Shown piece by piece: positions 42,560-56,065 of a stretch of 64,000 bases of DNA. This DNA is from Eimeria praecox (Eukaryota): positions 3,844,001 to 3,908,000 of the forward strand of contig OY986950.1 in the NCBI GenBank assembly GCA_963920595.1, given 5' to 3'. The notes beneath the pieces are model-generated. The model worked only from the letters and a program-made list of their open reading frames with translations. It did no database searches and had not been told where the DNA came from. The position numbers were made by a program, and so were the translations under genes. Within the stretch, counting starts at the first letter, position 1. Every line of letters begins with the position of its first letter.

Positions 42560-43399
42560 CATCACTACGGTCCTTCTAGTCTTTTATGGCTCATGCACCC
42601 GGTTAATTGCTGATGTGTGCAGCCGCCCAGGTACTCTTATAACCAGAGCATTACCTCGAACTAAAAACCAGGAAGAGTACGCAGATATTGCTGATGTGCG
42701 CTTGGCAAAATGCAGAGCTGAGACCTATCGGCACGCGCACGTTGAGTGGTTGAAGAATGGAGATGCTGAAAAGACAGAAACTTCATGAGTGTTTAGATTA
42801 ACGCCAGTGCGTGCTTCAGTATTCGCTGCCACCCGAAACTAAATGTGCAGCCGCAGCAGCAAGTTCCGACCGAGCTTGCCTGCAAACCAGAATATTGCTG
42901 TCAAGCCAGATGCATTTGCTACGCTACGCACCTATCCTCCCTTGCTGGACGAGGCAGCTTCAGCTTCACAAATCCAGAACAAACCTACGGATCCCACAGG
43001 ACCCTTGACGTAAGTTTGCTTAAGTCAAGAGAAAAATGGCCTACGATTGCACAGTTGATGAACCGGATACGGTGCAGTGGGCTACCGGATGCGGCCAGAC
43101 CTTCGTGGGCAAAGGTCAAACGTTTTACTCGGTGCTGCTGCGCCAATGGCTCATATCAGAGCTCTCCCATGTAGAGAGGCAATAGGAAACTGTTTGGCCC
43201 GCCTGAAGGGCGCTACGGGGTTAAAGTGTTGACCACACCTAGATAATGGCGTTCCTACGAATTGAATTACGAATAGAAACCAGGAAAGAAAACGCCACTA
43301 TTACCCCCCCTAATTAGTAGGGATTGGAGTGGAAACATTTTGAGGAGCGCCTAAAAGGGAACCAACACAGCGATCATGTAACACCCTGGCCTTAAGGAG

Positions 43400-45330
43400 G
43401 CTGTCGCCGAAAGTGGTGGCGGCCGTATCGGCAGGTCGGCTTCGAGTTAAATCCAACTTTATCCAGGTTCGTCTTAATGATCAAACGCTGCTCATACCAT
43501 CTGATAAGTGCAGAGAAGTGGATATGGTATCTGACGCTACGGCGAGTAGATGCAACCTATTTGTCCATTCGATGGCGTTGTGTCTGCAATCTGCCACTAC
43601 GCTCCTCTGGTGCCAGGCACGAGGCGGGAATCGATAAGGTATGAGTGTAGCATGCGAGCTCAATCCAGAGGTGGGTCATGTTATGCCGCTACGGAGGCTT
43701 GTATGATGGACCACTTCGCAGCGGCAAACTGCATGCATGCGTGATTCAACGTCCGTAAGCGGCCGCTAGCCGAGATCGTTGCTGTTTGTATGCTGAGAAG
43801 CACCAAAAGGTCACAGGCCAGCCTCGCCCACATTATCTCTATTCCCTGTTGTAAGAAGGCTTCAGTCAGTGCCCCAAGGGAAAAGGCTCCTACAAAGTGC
43901 AGAGGCGCTGCAGAGAACGCTGGAGAAATGAATGCACTCCTTCCTGATGATCTTACGAAGACGGAACTTTGCACATATTCGACCCAGCTAATACTTGACG
44001 AAGACCGGAGGTGGGCACCATCGCGGGAAGAGTCCTCAGTTGTACTGAAAAAGCATGGAGCTATCAGCGGGCCGGGCACCCTCTCAGTGCGTTATGCTCT
44101 GAATCGAATTCTCTTTCGGAGTACCCCCAAGACCTGTTTCGAATAACAGGCAAATCCTGCATCTTAAAGAAGCAATCCAGTGAATTCGAGCAGACTGCAG
44201 TCGACAGTCAACAGCCATCTACCGCCTTTTGGTAACCTCCAGTACCGGAGAAGCAAAAGGGCAAGAGGTGAAGCATCTGCGTGGAGCTCAAACACCTCAA
44301 CAAAATCGCGGTGAAACAAAAGTTCCCGAAGCCTCAGATCGATGACCTACTTAATCGCTTGCAGGATTCAGCGCGCCATAAATCATCCTAATTCGTTGGC
44401 GTGATTTTGCCTATTCTAATACATCCCGACGATGGGCACAGGATGGCATTCCAAACCCGTACACCCAAACTACAGTGCAGCCGTATGCCCTTCGGGCACT
44501 TGAATGCACCTGCCGAATTGCAGCAGCATGTTAATGAAGATGATTCGGGCACATTCAATTAGGAATGGATGGATATATGCGTGAGCGGCCTGCTTTATTA
44601 GATTGTGCTAATCCCGAGTGTGCAGGAGCACTAGCAGCATTTAACGCGAGCTTTACAACTCTTATGGGAGAATCAAAGCCACGTAAAAGCACAGAAATGT
44701 TTGTTTTCCACGCGATATGTTAGCTTCTTAGTGTTTATGTTTCTGGAGCAGAAGTTGAACCAGAGCCGGAGAGGAAAGAGGCCATCCATACGCGGTCGCT
44801 ACCCCGTACATTTGCATGCACGTTCAGAGGTTCCTTGGCCTTAGTGGTATTAGGGCAAAGCGATTTGGGATTTACGTTCATCGACGCTCCTCAGACGGTT
44901 CTGCTCAAGAGGTTGAATCAATTTGTTTTGATAGCGGCAGGAGACGAAGCCTTTAGAAGCTCAGACGCTTGATGCCGTCTTCGGTACTCCAGCTCCCTAA
45001 TTCTGGCAAGCCTTTCTTCTTAACAACAGATGCTATTAACACAACAATTGGGATGATGCTCACTCAGCAAACCAAATCAAACAGGCAACAAGTACGTCGC
45101 CTGTTACTCGCGTTACACCTCGGAAAGAAATCATAATGTATATCCAGTACATGATATGTAGCCCTATGAGGCCTTGTGGGGAATAATATAGTATCGGCAT
45201 TAGTTATACGCAGGGAAGATCACCGTTCAAAAGTATCCTTACTCCATGGTGCACCTGACCAAGAGCTCTCAAACTACGCTAGGGTGCATGGGTGTGAAGC
45301 GCCGACTATAGCTCATTCGATATGCTTCAA
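43400..45330 (+). mobile_element. Degenerate Ty3/gypsy LTR-retrotransposon pol remnant (possible protease, RT, RNase H) with stops and frameshifts
   Basis: One frame from 44275 reads ICVELKHLNKIAVKQKFPKPQIDDLLNRLQ..IHPDDGHRMAFQTR..RMPFGHLNAPAELQ..EH*QHLTRALQLL..VKAQKCLFSTRYVSFL. Shifted frames give VQRFLGL and DAPQTVLLK..EAF. RNase H at ~44980-45160 reads VLQLPNSGKPFFLTTDA..TIGMMLTQ..VACYSR..YPVHD. The YxDD position reads CVSG (44578-44589). Protease-like VSDATAS..LFV near 43530. No integrase or LTRs recognised. Confidence 0.88.
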
Positions 45331-46419
45331 TGGGTTGGGGTGCTCACATCAAAAAAGAACTACAAACTGAATCAAGCGGGTCGGAGAGCCACCATCCCCG
45401 AACGGTTGTCATGCCCGTGAGCTGGCCCGCAGCCACGAGCTGCGGGTGGCCAACAGCATAGCGAAGCGACACTCTTTGATGATGTTTGTCCCCTTTCTCT
45501 GATATTTTTTTTTCTTTTTTTTGTTATGGGCGGCAAGTCACATGCATGGGAGATGAATGCAGCATAGCCTCTGTCTCTATTGCGCCTCACGACGTTTCTT
45601 GGGAACGAGCTATGACTCGATCCAACTTCACAAAGACATAAAGAAAGAGGGCACTGACCTCCCTTCCAGCCTCCAAGCGCCCCAGGCATAACGTTTCAAG
45701 GGATAGGGATGGTGGGGACACGGGAAGGTCTGCGAAGGGCTGCAACGAACCAGCTATTGCTGCAAGGCAACCTTATAGATACGCACATCTAATGCTCCTT
45801 GGCTGCGTGCGCTCGCATTATAGACTGCTATCATTGTAGACTGTAGTTTTGTCTATTTACTTACTTACTTGTCCCTTTAGGGTGAGCCTGCGAGCAGGTA
45901 GGGAGGGATGCGAGTGGCAGCATCATGCAGAGTATGCTACATTCATTCATTCCACAGCCAGCCAGCCAGCCAGGCTGGCTGTGGAAGACCCCCCGTTAAA
46001 CAACTGTCTACAGTATGAGCTCATGCAGCAAATGGGGCTTGACTATGCGTGAACACTCATATGTTTTGAAGCATGAATTGCTGCAAGGAACGTTGAAGCT
46101 CATGAAGAAGAATCTGCCTCCTCCCCCGTCGAGCCCGAGGGCCCCTGAGCCGCTGTGCGCCGGATCTGTTGTAAGAGAAAGGGATTAACAGCCGCTATTA
46201 GGGAAGGCCCTTTCTTAAGGGGTTTGCCCCCGCTGCAGCTTACAAAGATTCTCTCTCTCTGTTAAGCTGGGGGCCCCTCTCCCCTGTATACCCTGCAAGC
46301 CTATCTCTCTGGTGTTAGGATCGTCACTATAGACAATTCTTGAAGAAGTACGTGGCCATCTATAGCCCATATGCATGCACCTAAATATAAATATACAATA
46401 TATATACACTTGCTAGATC

Positions 46420-46474
<55 letters not shown>

Positions 46475-47119
46475 TCCTATATCCTGCGGCACCACGGCCT
46501 GTCGCTGTGGCGTAAGTGGCTGTTGATGATTTGATTGTTTATTTGCTATCATTTACGTTTAAGTATATTATTTATATTTATATGTTTGTATTTACCCAAT
46601 ATCAAAAACAACATATATATATATTGTATAGACGATCTGCCTCTATGGTTGAGGATTATGAAGTAGTTGCCTGGCGTTGCTGCTTATATATATAGGGTAG
46701 TTGGAGTCGGTGGAATGTATGAAGATAAGATTAAATAGTATAATAAAGTATATAATATATTAATTTTATTTAATATATTATTAAAAAGGCTGTTTGAATA
46801 GAACGAATGCTCCCTCAGCCATTACTATATCTGCTGTTGTTGTCGTGGGGTGATGATGATATATAAGGGATAAGGGGCTGATCCGTGGGACGCATGCTAG
46901 GAGTATACGAAGGTTGTTGTTTGTTTTTCTCAATTAATTGACTTAATAGTCTTTTTTATTCATTTTTATGTTTTATATTTATATATTATTCTCTAAAACC
47001 CTATAAAAACATATCCATAACACCCTCAGAAGCCGGCGGCTAGGCTACATACACCGTCGCGCGGGCCTCCCCTTCCTCTTTCGTATAGCATTGTTGATTC
47101 TATAGAGGCTGTGCGCGCA

Positions 47120-47197
47120 ATGATAAGGGTGTTAAGGTCTGCTGCAGCAGCAACGTTGTTGCTGCTGCTGCTGGTCTCACTTAACGTCCCTAAACCT

Positions 47198-47233
<36 letters not shown>

Positions 47234-47596
47234 CCGCAGCAGGTAGAAGAAGAGGCAGTAGCAGGTGGTGATGCTGCTGCAGGTATAACAACAACAGGAG
47301 AAGAAGTTAAAGGAGTTGATGATGATGATGGTGATGATGCTCTAAATCTATCAGGAGAGGCATTAGATAATCTACCTCATGTACAATATTTTACGATAGG
47401 GCCTACATTCTTAGCTACACGTGCTACTATTAGTAAGCTTAATAAAGAAGTATCTCCTCTAATGAAGATGACAGTGTTATTGGGTTTATTATTAATTGGG
47501 GGTTTCTTCATGACGCATGGTCTGCCCACATCTTCAGATAGTCTGGAATTAGATCTAGGAGGAGGAACACAAGATCAACAAACATCGGGACCTAAC

Positions 47597-47605
<9 letters not shown>
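47120..47605 (+). CDS. Hypothetical secreted/membrane protein, 161 aa
   Basis: ATG at 47120, single ORF. N-terminal signal-like MIRVLRSAAAATLLLLLLVSL, acidic middle, hydrophobic segment MTVLLGLLLIGGFFM. AT-rich upstream region. No recognised family. Confidence 0.6.
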
Positions 47606-47628
<23 letters not shown>

Positions 47629-47792
47629 TATTCTTCTGTTTATCTTCTTTGCTGCTGTGTTGGATGGAGGTTATAACATCGCATAGAAGAAACCCTACGC
47701 TGTCTTCTTCTCCCTTACGTGGAGATATATATACAGCGTCAATGCCTCTCTGCGTAGCCTCTTCTTCTTCTGCAGCAGCAGCAGATCCTCAC

Positions 47793-48030
47793 GCATGCAT
47801 GCATGCATGCATGCATGCATGCATGCATGCAATCAACCATACAAACAAGCATGCAGCCAACATGCATGCATGCAAGCATGCATGCATGCATGTAGTCAAC
47901 AGACACTTGTATGTATGTATGTATGTATGTATGTATGTATGCATGCATGCATGCATGCATGCATACAGTCAGCAGGCATGCATGCATGCATGCATGCAAA
48001 CATGCATGCATGCATGCATGCATGCATGCA
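47793..48030. repeat. (TGCA)n / TGCATGCA array
   Basis: Direct inspection. A second cluster at 49365-49455 includes a duplicated CATGCATGTATTTGAGGGCTTGCATGCATCA. Confidence 0.9.
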
Positions 48031-48321
48031 TACAACAGCCCGTACACTTGGGTTTTGTGGTCAGCTTCTAGCAGACAGGCGCAGGCCCATGAAGAAGGCC
48101 TCTACAAGTATGAGGACTCCTTCTCTTAATGAGGGGTTTCTTCTTCTCTCTCTCTCTCTCAACGCGGTGTACGTACACCGGAATGAGAGAGCCCGTGAGT
48201 TTTTGTTTCTTGTAGTGCTGCAGTGTCTTTATCTCTCTATAACTTGCATGATTGGGGGTATTTAAGACAGCCTCTCTAATGAATCCTATCCAGGGGCTGC
48301 AACAGAAGGGGTTTATATTAT

Positions 48322-48389
<68 letters not shown>

Positions 48390-48573
48390 ATATATTATAC
48401 ATTAGGGTTTATGAGAGAGTTTATTAGGGTTTAGCAGTTTAATACTTTCATGCGAGGAGGAGAAGAGGGACATCCTGCCCGCTGCATGCATCATACTCAA
48501 GTGTACGTACACCTCAACGCCCGGCTTATGTATGTATGGCCTTTCAATTTAGGGCCTACGAGCCCCCGGGCTC

Positions 48574-48610
<37 letters not shown>

Positions 48611-49508
48611 TTCTATATATCTCTCTCTATACTTTTGCTTGTCGGTGCTCTCTGCAAGGCTTAGCTGTCTCTTCTCGGGCGGCCTTGTGGATGCATTCAA
48701 CTGTTTCTTCATTTAAAACACTAACATACTCTAGACAGAACACGCAATACAACTGCCGCTAGCTAGATAGCTAGATAGCTAGCTAGATAGATAGCTAGCG
48801 AACAGGGGGGGGGGGGGGTATGTAGGGGGGGACGTAGCTGCCTGGCTAGCCAGCAAAGTAGCGAGCGGCACAGCGATGAGGACAGCTAGCTAGCTGGGTC
48901 CTAAGACATACACCTTGGCTGACTGACGGGGTTGACGTCTAGCTAGCTAGCTAGCTAGTTAAGTAGCTAGCTAGCTAGCTAAGTAGGCAGATAGCTACGT
49001 AGATACGTATGTAGCTAGCTAGGTAGCTACATAGGTGGGACGGTAGCTAGCTGGGTAGGTAGCTAGGAGGGTTGTTAGCTAGCTAGCTAGCTAGCTAGTT
49101 AGGTGGGTACTTTGGTAGGAAGCTAGCTAGCTAGCTGGGCGGCTACTTATCTAGCTAGCTAGCTAGCTAGCTAGCTAGCTAGCGGGGTGTATCCTGCCTG
49201 AGTAGCCGCTCCATTTGAGGCCGGGGGTCTGCTTAGCTAGCTACATACGTGGGCTTCAGCGTTGCATGCATTGTGTGTCTGCTGCTGTTGAGACAGCCGC
49301 AGCTATGTACAGCTGAGCTCTCTCTCCGAAACAAAAGGAGACAGCCAGTCAGGCAACTCGCCCCTTGCATGCATGCATGCATGCATGCATGTATTTGAGG
49401 GCTTGCATGCATCATGCATGCATGCATGCATGTATTTGAGGGCTTGCATGCATCAAGTATGGAGGGCCGTTGCCTGTTTCCTATGTGCTGCACAAGGCAG
49501 CAGCAGCA

Positions 49509-49539
<31 letters not shown>

Positions 49540-49669
49540 CTCTTGCTGCTGCTGCTGCAGCTGCTGCTGCTGCAGCTGCTGCTGCTGCATGGTGTGAAGG
49601 GGCACAAGATAGTACTCTTTAGCTGCAGAAAGGCGCCAAGACGCACAGAGCTGCAGCAGCAGCACGGGT

Positions 49670-49690
49670 CTACGCCCCCGGCTGCTGCTC

Positions 49691-49737
<47 letters not shown>

Positions 49738-49956
49738 CGCCTTCTGCCGCACGCATGCGTTTGCTCTTGAGGGCCATGAGGGCTCGAAGGGTTTTAAGGG
49801 TCTCCTTATGATGCCAGCCTGCAGCAATCAACACTTTCAGACTGCTGCTATCATCGCCCGCAGCAGCAGCAGCAGCAACAGCAACAGCAACAACTACTAC
49901 AGCAGCAACAGCAGCAGCAACAGCAGCACTAACGCCAAGAGCATCTGCAGCTACTC

Positions 49957-50013
<57 letters not shown>

Positions 50014-51409
50014 GACAAGACAAGACGAAGCAGCACCTGTCTCGTTGCTAAACGACGGCAGCACGGGGGCCTCCTGCAGCAGCTGGCTGATGTCAGGATC
50101 TTGAATAGCACAGAGTTGATACACCTGAGAGGGGCGAGAGGGGGGTACTAAGAAGGCGTCCTCTGCATGCAAGGAGACAGCAGACAGACAGCTATACACA
50201 CCAGCTACAATTATACTCCTGCTGCTCCTCCTGCTGCAGCAGCTGCTGCTCCTCCTGCTGCAGCAGCTGCTGCTGCTCTTGGTGCAGCAGCTGCTGCTGC
50301 TCCTGCTGCAGCACCTGCTGCTGCTCTTGGTGCAGCAGCTGCTGCTGCTCCTGCTGCAGCACCTGCTGCTGCTCCTGCTGCAGCAGCTGCTGCTGCTCTT
50401 GGTGCTGCTACTGCTGGTGCTCCTCCTGCTGCTGCTGCTGCTCTTGGTGCTGATGCTGCTGCTCTTGCTGCTGCTGCCACAACCGCTTCTGCTGTATCTG
50501 CTGCATGTGCTGTTGCTGTTAGATATGCTATTGATACAGCTGTTACTGGATCTGCCGCTGCTTCAGCTGCTGCTGCTGCTCTAGCTGCTGCTGCTGTCTC
50601 TATGCATGCGCTGACAGGGAGACACTGCTGCTGTCTCTGCTGCTTGTCAGACAGTAAACTGTCTCCTCTCCTTCTCACCTCTTTGCTGCTGTCTCGAGCC
50701 TGGGGCTGGGGCTCCTGCTGCAGCAGCAGCCTTCCAGTTTGTAGCTCGAAAGAAGGGATCCCTGAAATCGATCGTCTGTGCAGCCATACAAACCCTAAAC
50801 CCTAAACCCTAAACCCTAAACCCTAAACCCTAAACCCTAAACCCTTAAAAGCTATGAAACTATGAGGGTTTAAGAGCTCGGGATTGAAGAAGAGGGCTTG
50901 CCTCATCTGCCACAATGCGGGTTTACAGATAAGGGTTTAAGGGTTTAGGGTTTATAGATAGGGTGTTAAGGGTTTAGGGTTTATAGAAGAACATTTAAGG
51001 GTTTAGGGTTTATAGAAGAAAATTTAAGGGTTTAGGGTTTACAGGTGAGGGTTTAAGGGTTTAGGGTTTATAGAAGAAGATTTAAGGGTTTAGGGTTTAC
51101 AGGTGAGGGTTTAAGGGTTTAGGGTTTACGGATGAGGGTTTAAGGGTTTAGGGTTTAGGGTTTATAGAGGAGGGTATAAGGGTTTAGGGTTTAGGGGTTT
51201 AGGGTTTAGGGTTTAGGGTTTAGGGTTTATAGAGGAAGGTTTAAGGGTTTAGGGTTTAGGGGTTTAGGGTTTATAGAATAGGGTTTAAACACCTGATAGT
51301 GTCTGCTCTCAGGGTCTTTTCGTGGGTCATAGCCTAAGCGACAGAGACAGCCACGGAAGGGCCCGTCTACAAGACACACAAGACACAGATACAATCTGTT
51401 TGCTGCACT

Positions 51410-51440
<31 letters not shown>

Positions 51441-51828
51441 GCTGCTGCTGCTGTTGTTGCTGCCGCTGCTGCTGCTGTTGTTGCTGTTGCTGCTGCTGCT
51501 GCTGCGACAGCCCTATCCACAGCATAGAACGAACTCCGTCTTCCCTCTGTAAGCAACAAAAGCAGCAGCAGCACGAGCACCAGCAGCACCAACGAAAGCA
51601 GCAGCAACAAGAGCACAAAGAGCAGCAGCAGCAGCAGCAACAGCAACAGCAGCAGCAACAGCAACAGCAGCAGCAGCAGCACCTGCAAAGAGGAAACAGG
51701 TCTTCGCATAGGCGGGCTTCTTCCTCCATGCAGTGTACGAACGCGGCAGCTGAGCATCGAGAGAAGGCCTCAGCCACACGGGCTGTCGCTGCAGCAGCTC
51801 CTTCAGGGCTAGCAGCAAATCAGTATCT

Positions 51829-51864
<36 letters not shown>

Positions 51865-51979
51865 ACAGCAGCAACAGCAGCAACAAAATCAACCCCACAC
51901 ATACACAACATGAGCACCAGCAAACACAAGAGCTGCTGCTGCTGCAACATGCTGCCGTGATACACCTCATACTTTTATC

Positions 51980-52016
<37 letters not shown>

Positions 52017-52371
52017 AGCGGCAGCATCAAAGCTAGCAGATGGAGTTAATGTGGCAGCAGCAAGGCCACCACCACCAGAGGCAGCAGCAGCAGCAGAAAC
52101 AGCAGCAGCAACAGCAGCAGCAGCAACAGCAGCAGCAGCAACAGCAGCAGCAACAGCAGCAGCAACAGCAGCAGCAACAGCAGCAGCAACAGCAGCAGCA
52201 ACAGCAGCAACAGCAGCAGCAACAGCAGCAGCAACAGCAGCAACAACAGCAGCAGCAGCAGCATGAGTCTAAAGAAAATACCTGCAAAGGCCTTTACTGC
52301 TGCAGGTGGGGGGGCGACAGGCAGCTGCTCATCGCCTATGCGGCCCACAGCGTTAAACGCAGAGCTTTCAT

Positions 52372-52406
<35 letters not shown>

Positions 52407-52925
52407 GCTGCTGCTGCTGCTGCTGCTAGGGAGTTGATAGTAGCAACAGCGTCTGCTGTTTCATCCTTTGTAGGTTCTGACGGGCTTAGAGCTGCTGCTT
52501 CTTCTGCGACGCCCTCTTCCGTAGCAGCAGCAGTGGTTGCTGCTGCTGCTGCAGCACCAGCTGCTGCTGCTGCTGCTGCTGCTGCTGATCCATCTTTCTC
52601 ACCTGCTGCGGCCTCTTGAGAACGCGCTTCTGCAGCTGCAGCTGCAGCAGCAGGAGCCGCTGCTGCTGCTGCTGCTGCTGCTGCTGCAGGGGTTTGTTTT
52701 TCCCGTGATGCACCTTGTGCTGCTGTTGCTGCTGTTGCTGCTGCTGCTGCTTTTGTTGCTGCTGTTGCTGCTGAAAGCGTAGGCAAGAAGCGCGGTGCTC
52801 TGTTCGCCCTTGCTGCAGCAGCTCGTGCTGCTGCTGCTTTCGCAGCAATTGAAAGGCCCACGCCTCCTCCTTCATTGATAGGGGGTTCTATCGCTTCTTT
52901 TGCTGCTGTTGTTGCTGCTGCTGCT

Positions 52926-52956
<31 letters not shown>

Positions 52957-53068
52957 TGTCTGCTGCAGCAGATGTTGCTTTGGCTGCTTCGGGAACCGTC
53001 GCTGCAGGCTGTGCTGCTGCTGCTGTGCTGCTGCTGCTGTGCCTCAGGCCTCCATCCAGGTCCATGGC

Positions 53069-53102
<34 letters not shown>

Positions 53103-53141
53103 GCCGAGACCTGGCTCTCTTGGTGGAGCCGGTCGCCAGGT

Positions 53142-53172
<31 letters not shown>

Positions 53173-53383
53173 GCTGCTGTAGGCGCTGACGCTTGTGCTG
53201 CTGCTGCTCCTGCTGCTCCTGCTGCTGCTGCTGCTGCTGCCGTTGCTGCTGCTGCTGCTGCGTGAAGACTGCTGGCAGGGCCTCTGTAACAAAGGCGGGG
53301 GGCATCGGGGCCTCAACCTTGTAAGGAAATGGGGCTTGACCCTTGCAGAAGAAGGGCGGGGGTATGTAAGGGGTCCCCTGCGA

Positions 53384-53421
<38 letters not shown>

Positions 53422-53764
53422 ATGCACGCTCCGCTTCAGCCACTACCTGCGCATCCAATGGCTCCTCACCTCGATGCCCAGGGGGGGGGATATAGTAGAA
53501 GTCTGCAAGACCTGAAGGCAGAGCAGCAGCAGCAGCACGAGCAGCAGCAGCAATAGCAGCAGCAGCAACAGTCTTACTAGTAGTACCAGCAGCAGCAGCA
53601 GCTGCAGCAGCAGCAGCAGCAGCAGGGAATACCTGTGAAGACGTGACGCTGCATGACTCGCCCCACAGGCTCAAACTCAACAGCCCCAGACCTGCGGGTT
53701 CTTCTTCTTAAGACGATCCCAGCAGCACTTTGACGGGAAGACACGATGTGCCCCCATCTGCTGC

Positions 53765-53809
<45 letters not shown>

Positions 53810-54083
53810 AGCCTAGACGCAGCAGCAGAGGGTCTCCCCCCTCCTCCAAAGCCAAACCCCGAGAAGCCGCCTCAGGACCCCCCAAGATCCGCAGCACCGT
53901 CGTGCTGCAGCAGAACAGCAGAAAGACAACAGCAGCAAAGGCCTCCCACAGCAGCAGCAGCAGCAGCAGCAGCAGTCACGACAGCAGCAGCAGCAGTCAC
54001 GACAGTACCAGCTCCAGCAGCTGCTGCTCCTGCTGCAGCAAGCAACAGGAGCAACACCACACGAGCAGCAACACCTACACCAG

Positions 54084-54124
<41 letters not shown>

Positions 54125-54125
54125 A

Positions 54126-54157
<32 letters not shown>

Positions 54158-54194
54158 AGAGCAGCAGCAACAACAGCAGCAGCAGCAACAACAA

Positions 54195-54226
<32 letters not shown>

Positions 54227-54421
54227 ATAAGCTTTGGCATACGGCTTTGTTGCCCTGCCGGGTATCTCGACTGCAGCAAAAACAACATTAGGTATATCTA
54301 ATACTTTCTCTTTTACGTTGCAGCCTTCAACACTCTGTTCTCCTGTGGCTGTGGGGCCCCTTGGATGCAGGGGGGCCCCCCCAGGGGTACTAGGGGCCCC
54401 CCCGAGGGTCTGCATCTCCAT
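49670..54421 (-). CDS. GTF3C5: RNA polymerase III transcription factor TFIIIC subunit 5 (Tau95/Tfc1)
   Basis: Phase-consistent exons 54421-54243, 53904-53633, 53511-52282, 51826-51683, 51366-51293, 50775-50679, 50162-50037, 49818-49670. Tau95 motifs: FAAVEIPG..LRILGG, EPVGRVMQRHVFTGLADFYY, YIPPPFF, LLQRQPVWLR, FADGPFRGCLCRLGYDPRKDPESRHYQTIDFR, YQLCAIQD, TGWH. Confidence 0.9.
52060..52263 (+). repeat. Long (CAG/CAA)n tract in Tau95 intron 3, representative of window-wide CAG/CTG repeats
   Basis: Over 60 near-contiguous CAG/CAA triplets. Confidence 0.9.
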
Positions 54422-55024
54422 ACTTGGGGAGGCCCCTCAGGGGCCCCCTTGCCGCTGCAGCTGTGTGCTGGGGGCCCCCAGCTACACACAGGGGCCCCAA
54501 AGAAAGAATGAAAGTATCTATGGGCTGCTGAGGGGGCCCCTGAGATGAGGGAGGGCCTCAGGGGGCCCCCAGAGAGGGTACAGAGGGTACTGAACGTCCA
54601 CGGGGGGCCCCCCTAAAGAGGGATAATACAGAGAGCAGCAAGAAAACGAAGATAAACAAAATCTGATGCAGCATGAAGCCGCCACAGCCCTCAGGAAAGG
54701 TAAGAAGGCCTGGGGGCCCCCCTGCAACAGGGGGCCCCCCCCTGCAGAAGGGGGGCCCCCGAGCTGATGTTGAAAAGTATCGTGTTCTACTGGCATTGGT
54801 GGTGGTTTAGGGTTTAGGGTTTACAAATTTGCTGTTGTTTATTATGGAGCCCCAATCATCATTCTAGGGTTTAGGGTTTAGGGTTCAGCTAGCTTAGGTG
54901 CTGGGGGCCCCGGGGGCCCTTCTACGCTCATCGTAAGGAGACAGCTAGTAAGGAGACAGCTACCATGTAGATACTTAAGAAGGATATAGCTAGTAGAGAG
55001 ACAGGAGACAGTTAACAAGGAGAC

Positions 55025-55186
55025 AAGAGACAGTTAAGAAGGGGCCCCACACCTAAGAGACAGTTAAGAAGGGGCCCCACACCTAAGAGACAGTTAAGAG
55101 GGGGCCCCACACCTAAGAGACAGTTAAGAGGGGGCCCCACACCTAAGAGACAGTTAAGGGGGGGCCCCACAGCTAGGAGACAGTTA
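55025..55186 (+). repeat. 30-bp tandem repeat (~5 copies) upstream of the Tau95 gene
   Basis: AAGAGACAGTTAAG(A/G)(A/G)GGGGCCCCACACCT repeated head to tail. Confidence 0.92.
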
Positions 55187-55637
55187 GCGAGGAGACACGC
55201 AATGAGGGGACAGCCACCGAAGAGACACTTAACAAGGAGACAGCTCAAAGAGGCCATAGATCGAAGGCTTCAGGACCCTCTGGGGCGAAGTCGCGAATGT
55301 TCTGTATCTATCAGCTAGCTACAGCTACCTGTAGCTAGCTACAGCTAGCTACAGCTAGCTACAGCTAGCTACAGCTAGCTACAGCTCCCCCAGCTAGCTA
55401 CAGCTAGCTGCAGCTAGCTACAGGTAGCTACAGCTAGCTACAGCTCTCCCAGCTAGCCTGTAGCGCAAGCCAACAAGGCCTGAGCTGCAGCTGCTCCATC
55501 CCCCCTCCTTCTTCATCAGGCTGCGGTGTCTGTACACCTCAGCCTGCAGCTGCTGCCTCTCCTCTTCTCGCTGTATATCGAAGAGAGACTCTCGCTAGTC
55601 ATGAATGGATACTGCAAATAAATATAATTAAATAAAT

Positions 55638-55713
<76 letters not shown>

Positions 55714-56065
55714 TATATCTACATATGTATGTATGTATAGCTGCTGCAAGTTAAATGGGCCTTTGCCTCTTGGTGACAGCAGCAGCAGCAGCGGCGCTGC
55801 AGCAGCAGCAGTGGCGCTGCAGCAGCAGCAGCTGCAGCTGCTGCTGCTATTCGTTCTGTGTGTATCGAAGTTGCTCCCCCATGAGCAGCAAGGGGGCCCT
55901 GCATGCGGACGATTCTCTTAAGCTGCTGCTGCTGCTGCTGCAGCTGCTGCTGCTGCAGCCTGCTGCAGCTGCTGCAGCCTGCTGCAGCCTGCTGCAGCTG
56001 CTGCAGCCTGCTGCAGCAGCTGTTTCGCTGCAGCAGCAGCATATTGCTGTCTATGTGGGAGTGTG

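Noticed and set aside
41900..46400. LTRs, PBS, gag, integrase or chromodomain of the retroelement
   Set aside because: No flanking direct repeats or convincing motifs seen by eye; the TGGTATC near 43526 lies inside the protease-like region.
46849..46882. C/D-box snoRNA (GTGATGA...CTGA)
   Set aside because: Only about 30 nt between the boxes and no convincing terminal stem.
50211..50678. Additional Ala-rich Tau95 exon
   Set aside because: Flanking exons join in phase without it and it is almost pure repeat; it cannot be excluded without RNA-seq.
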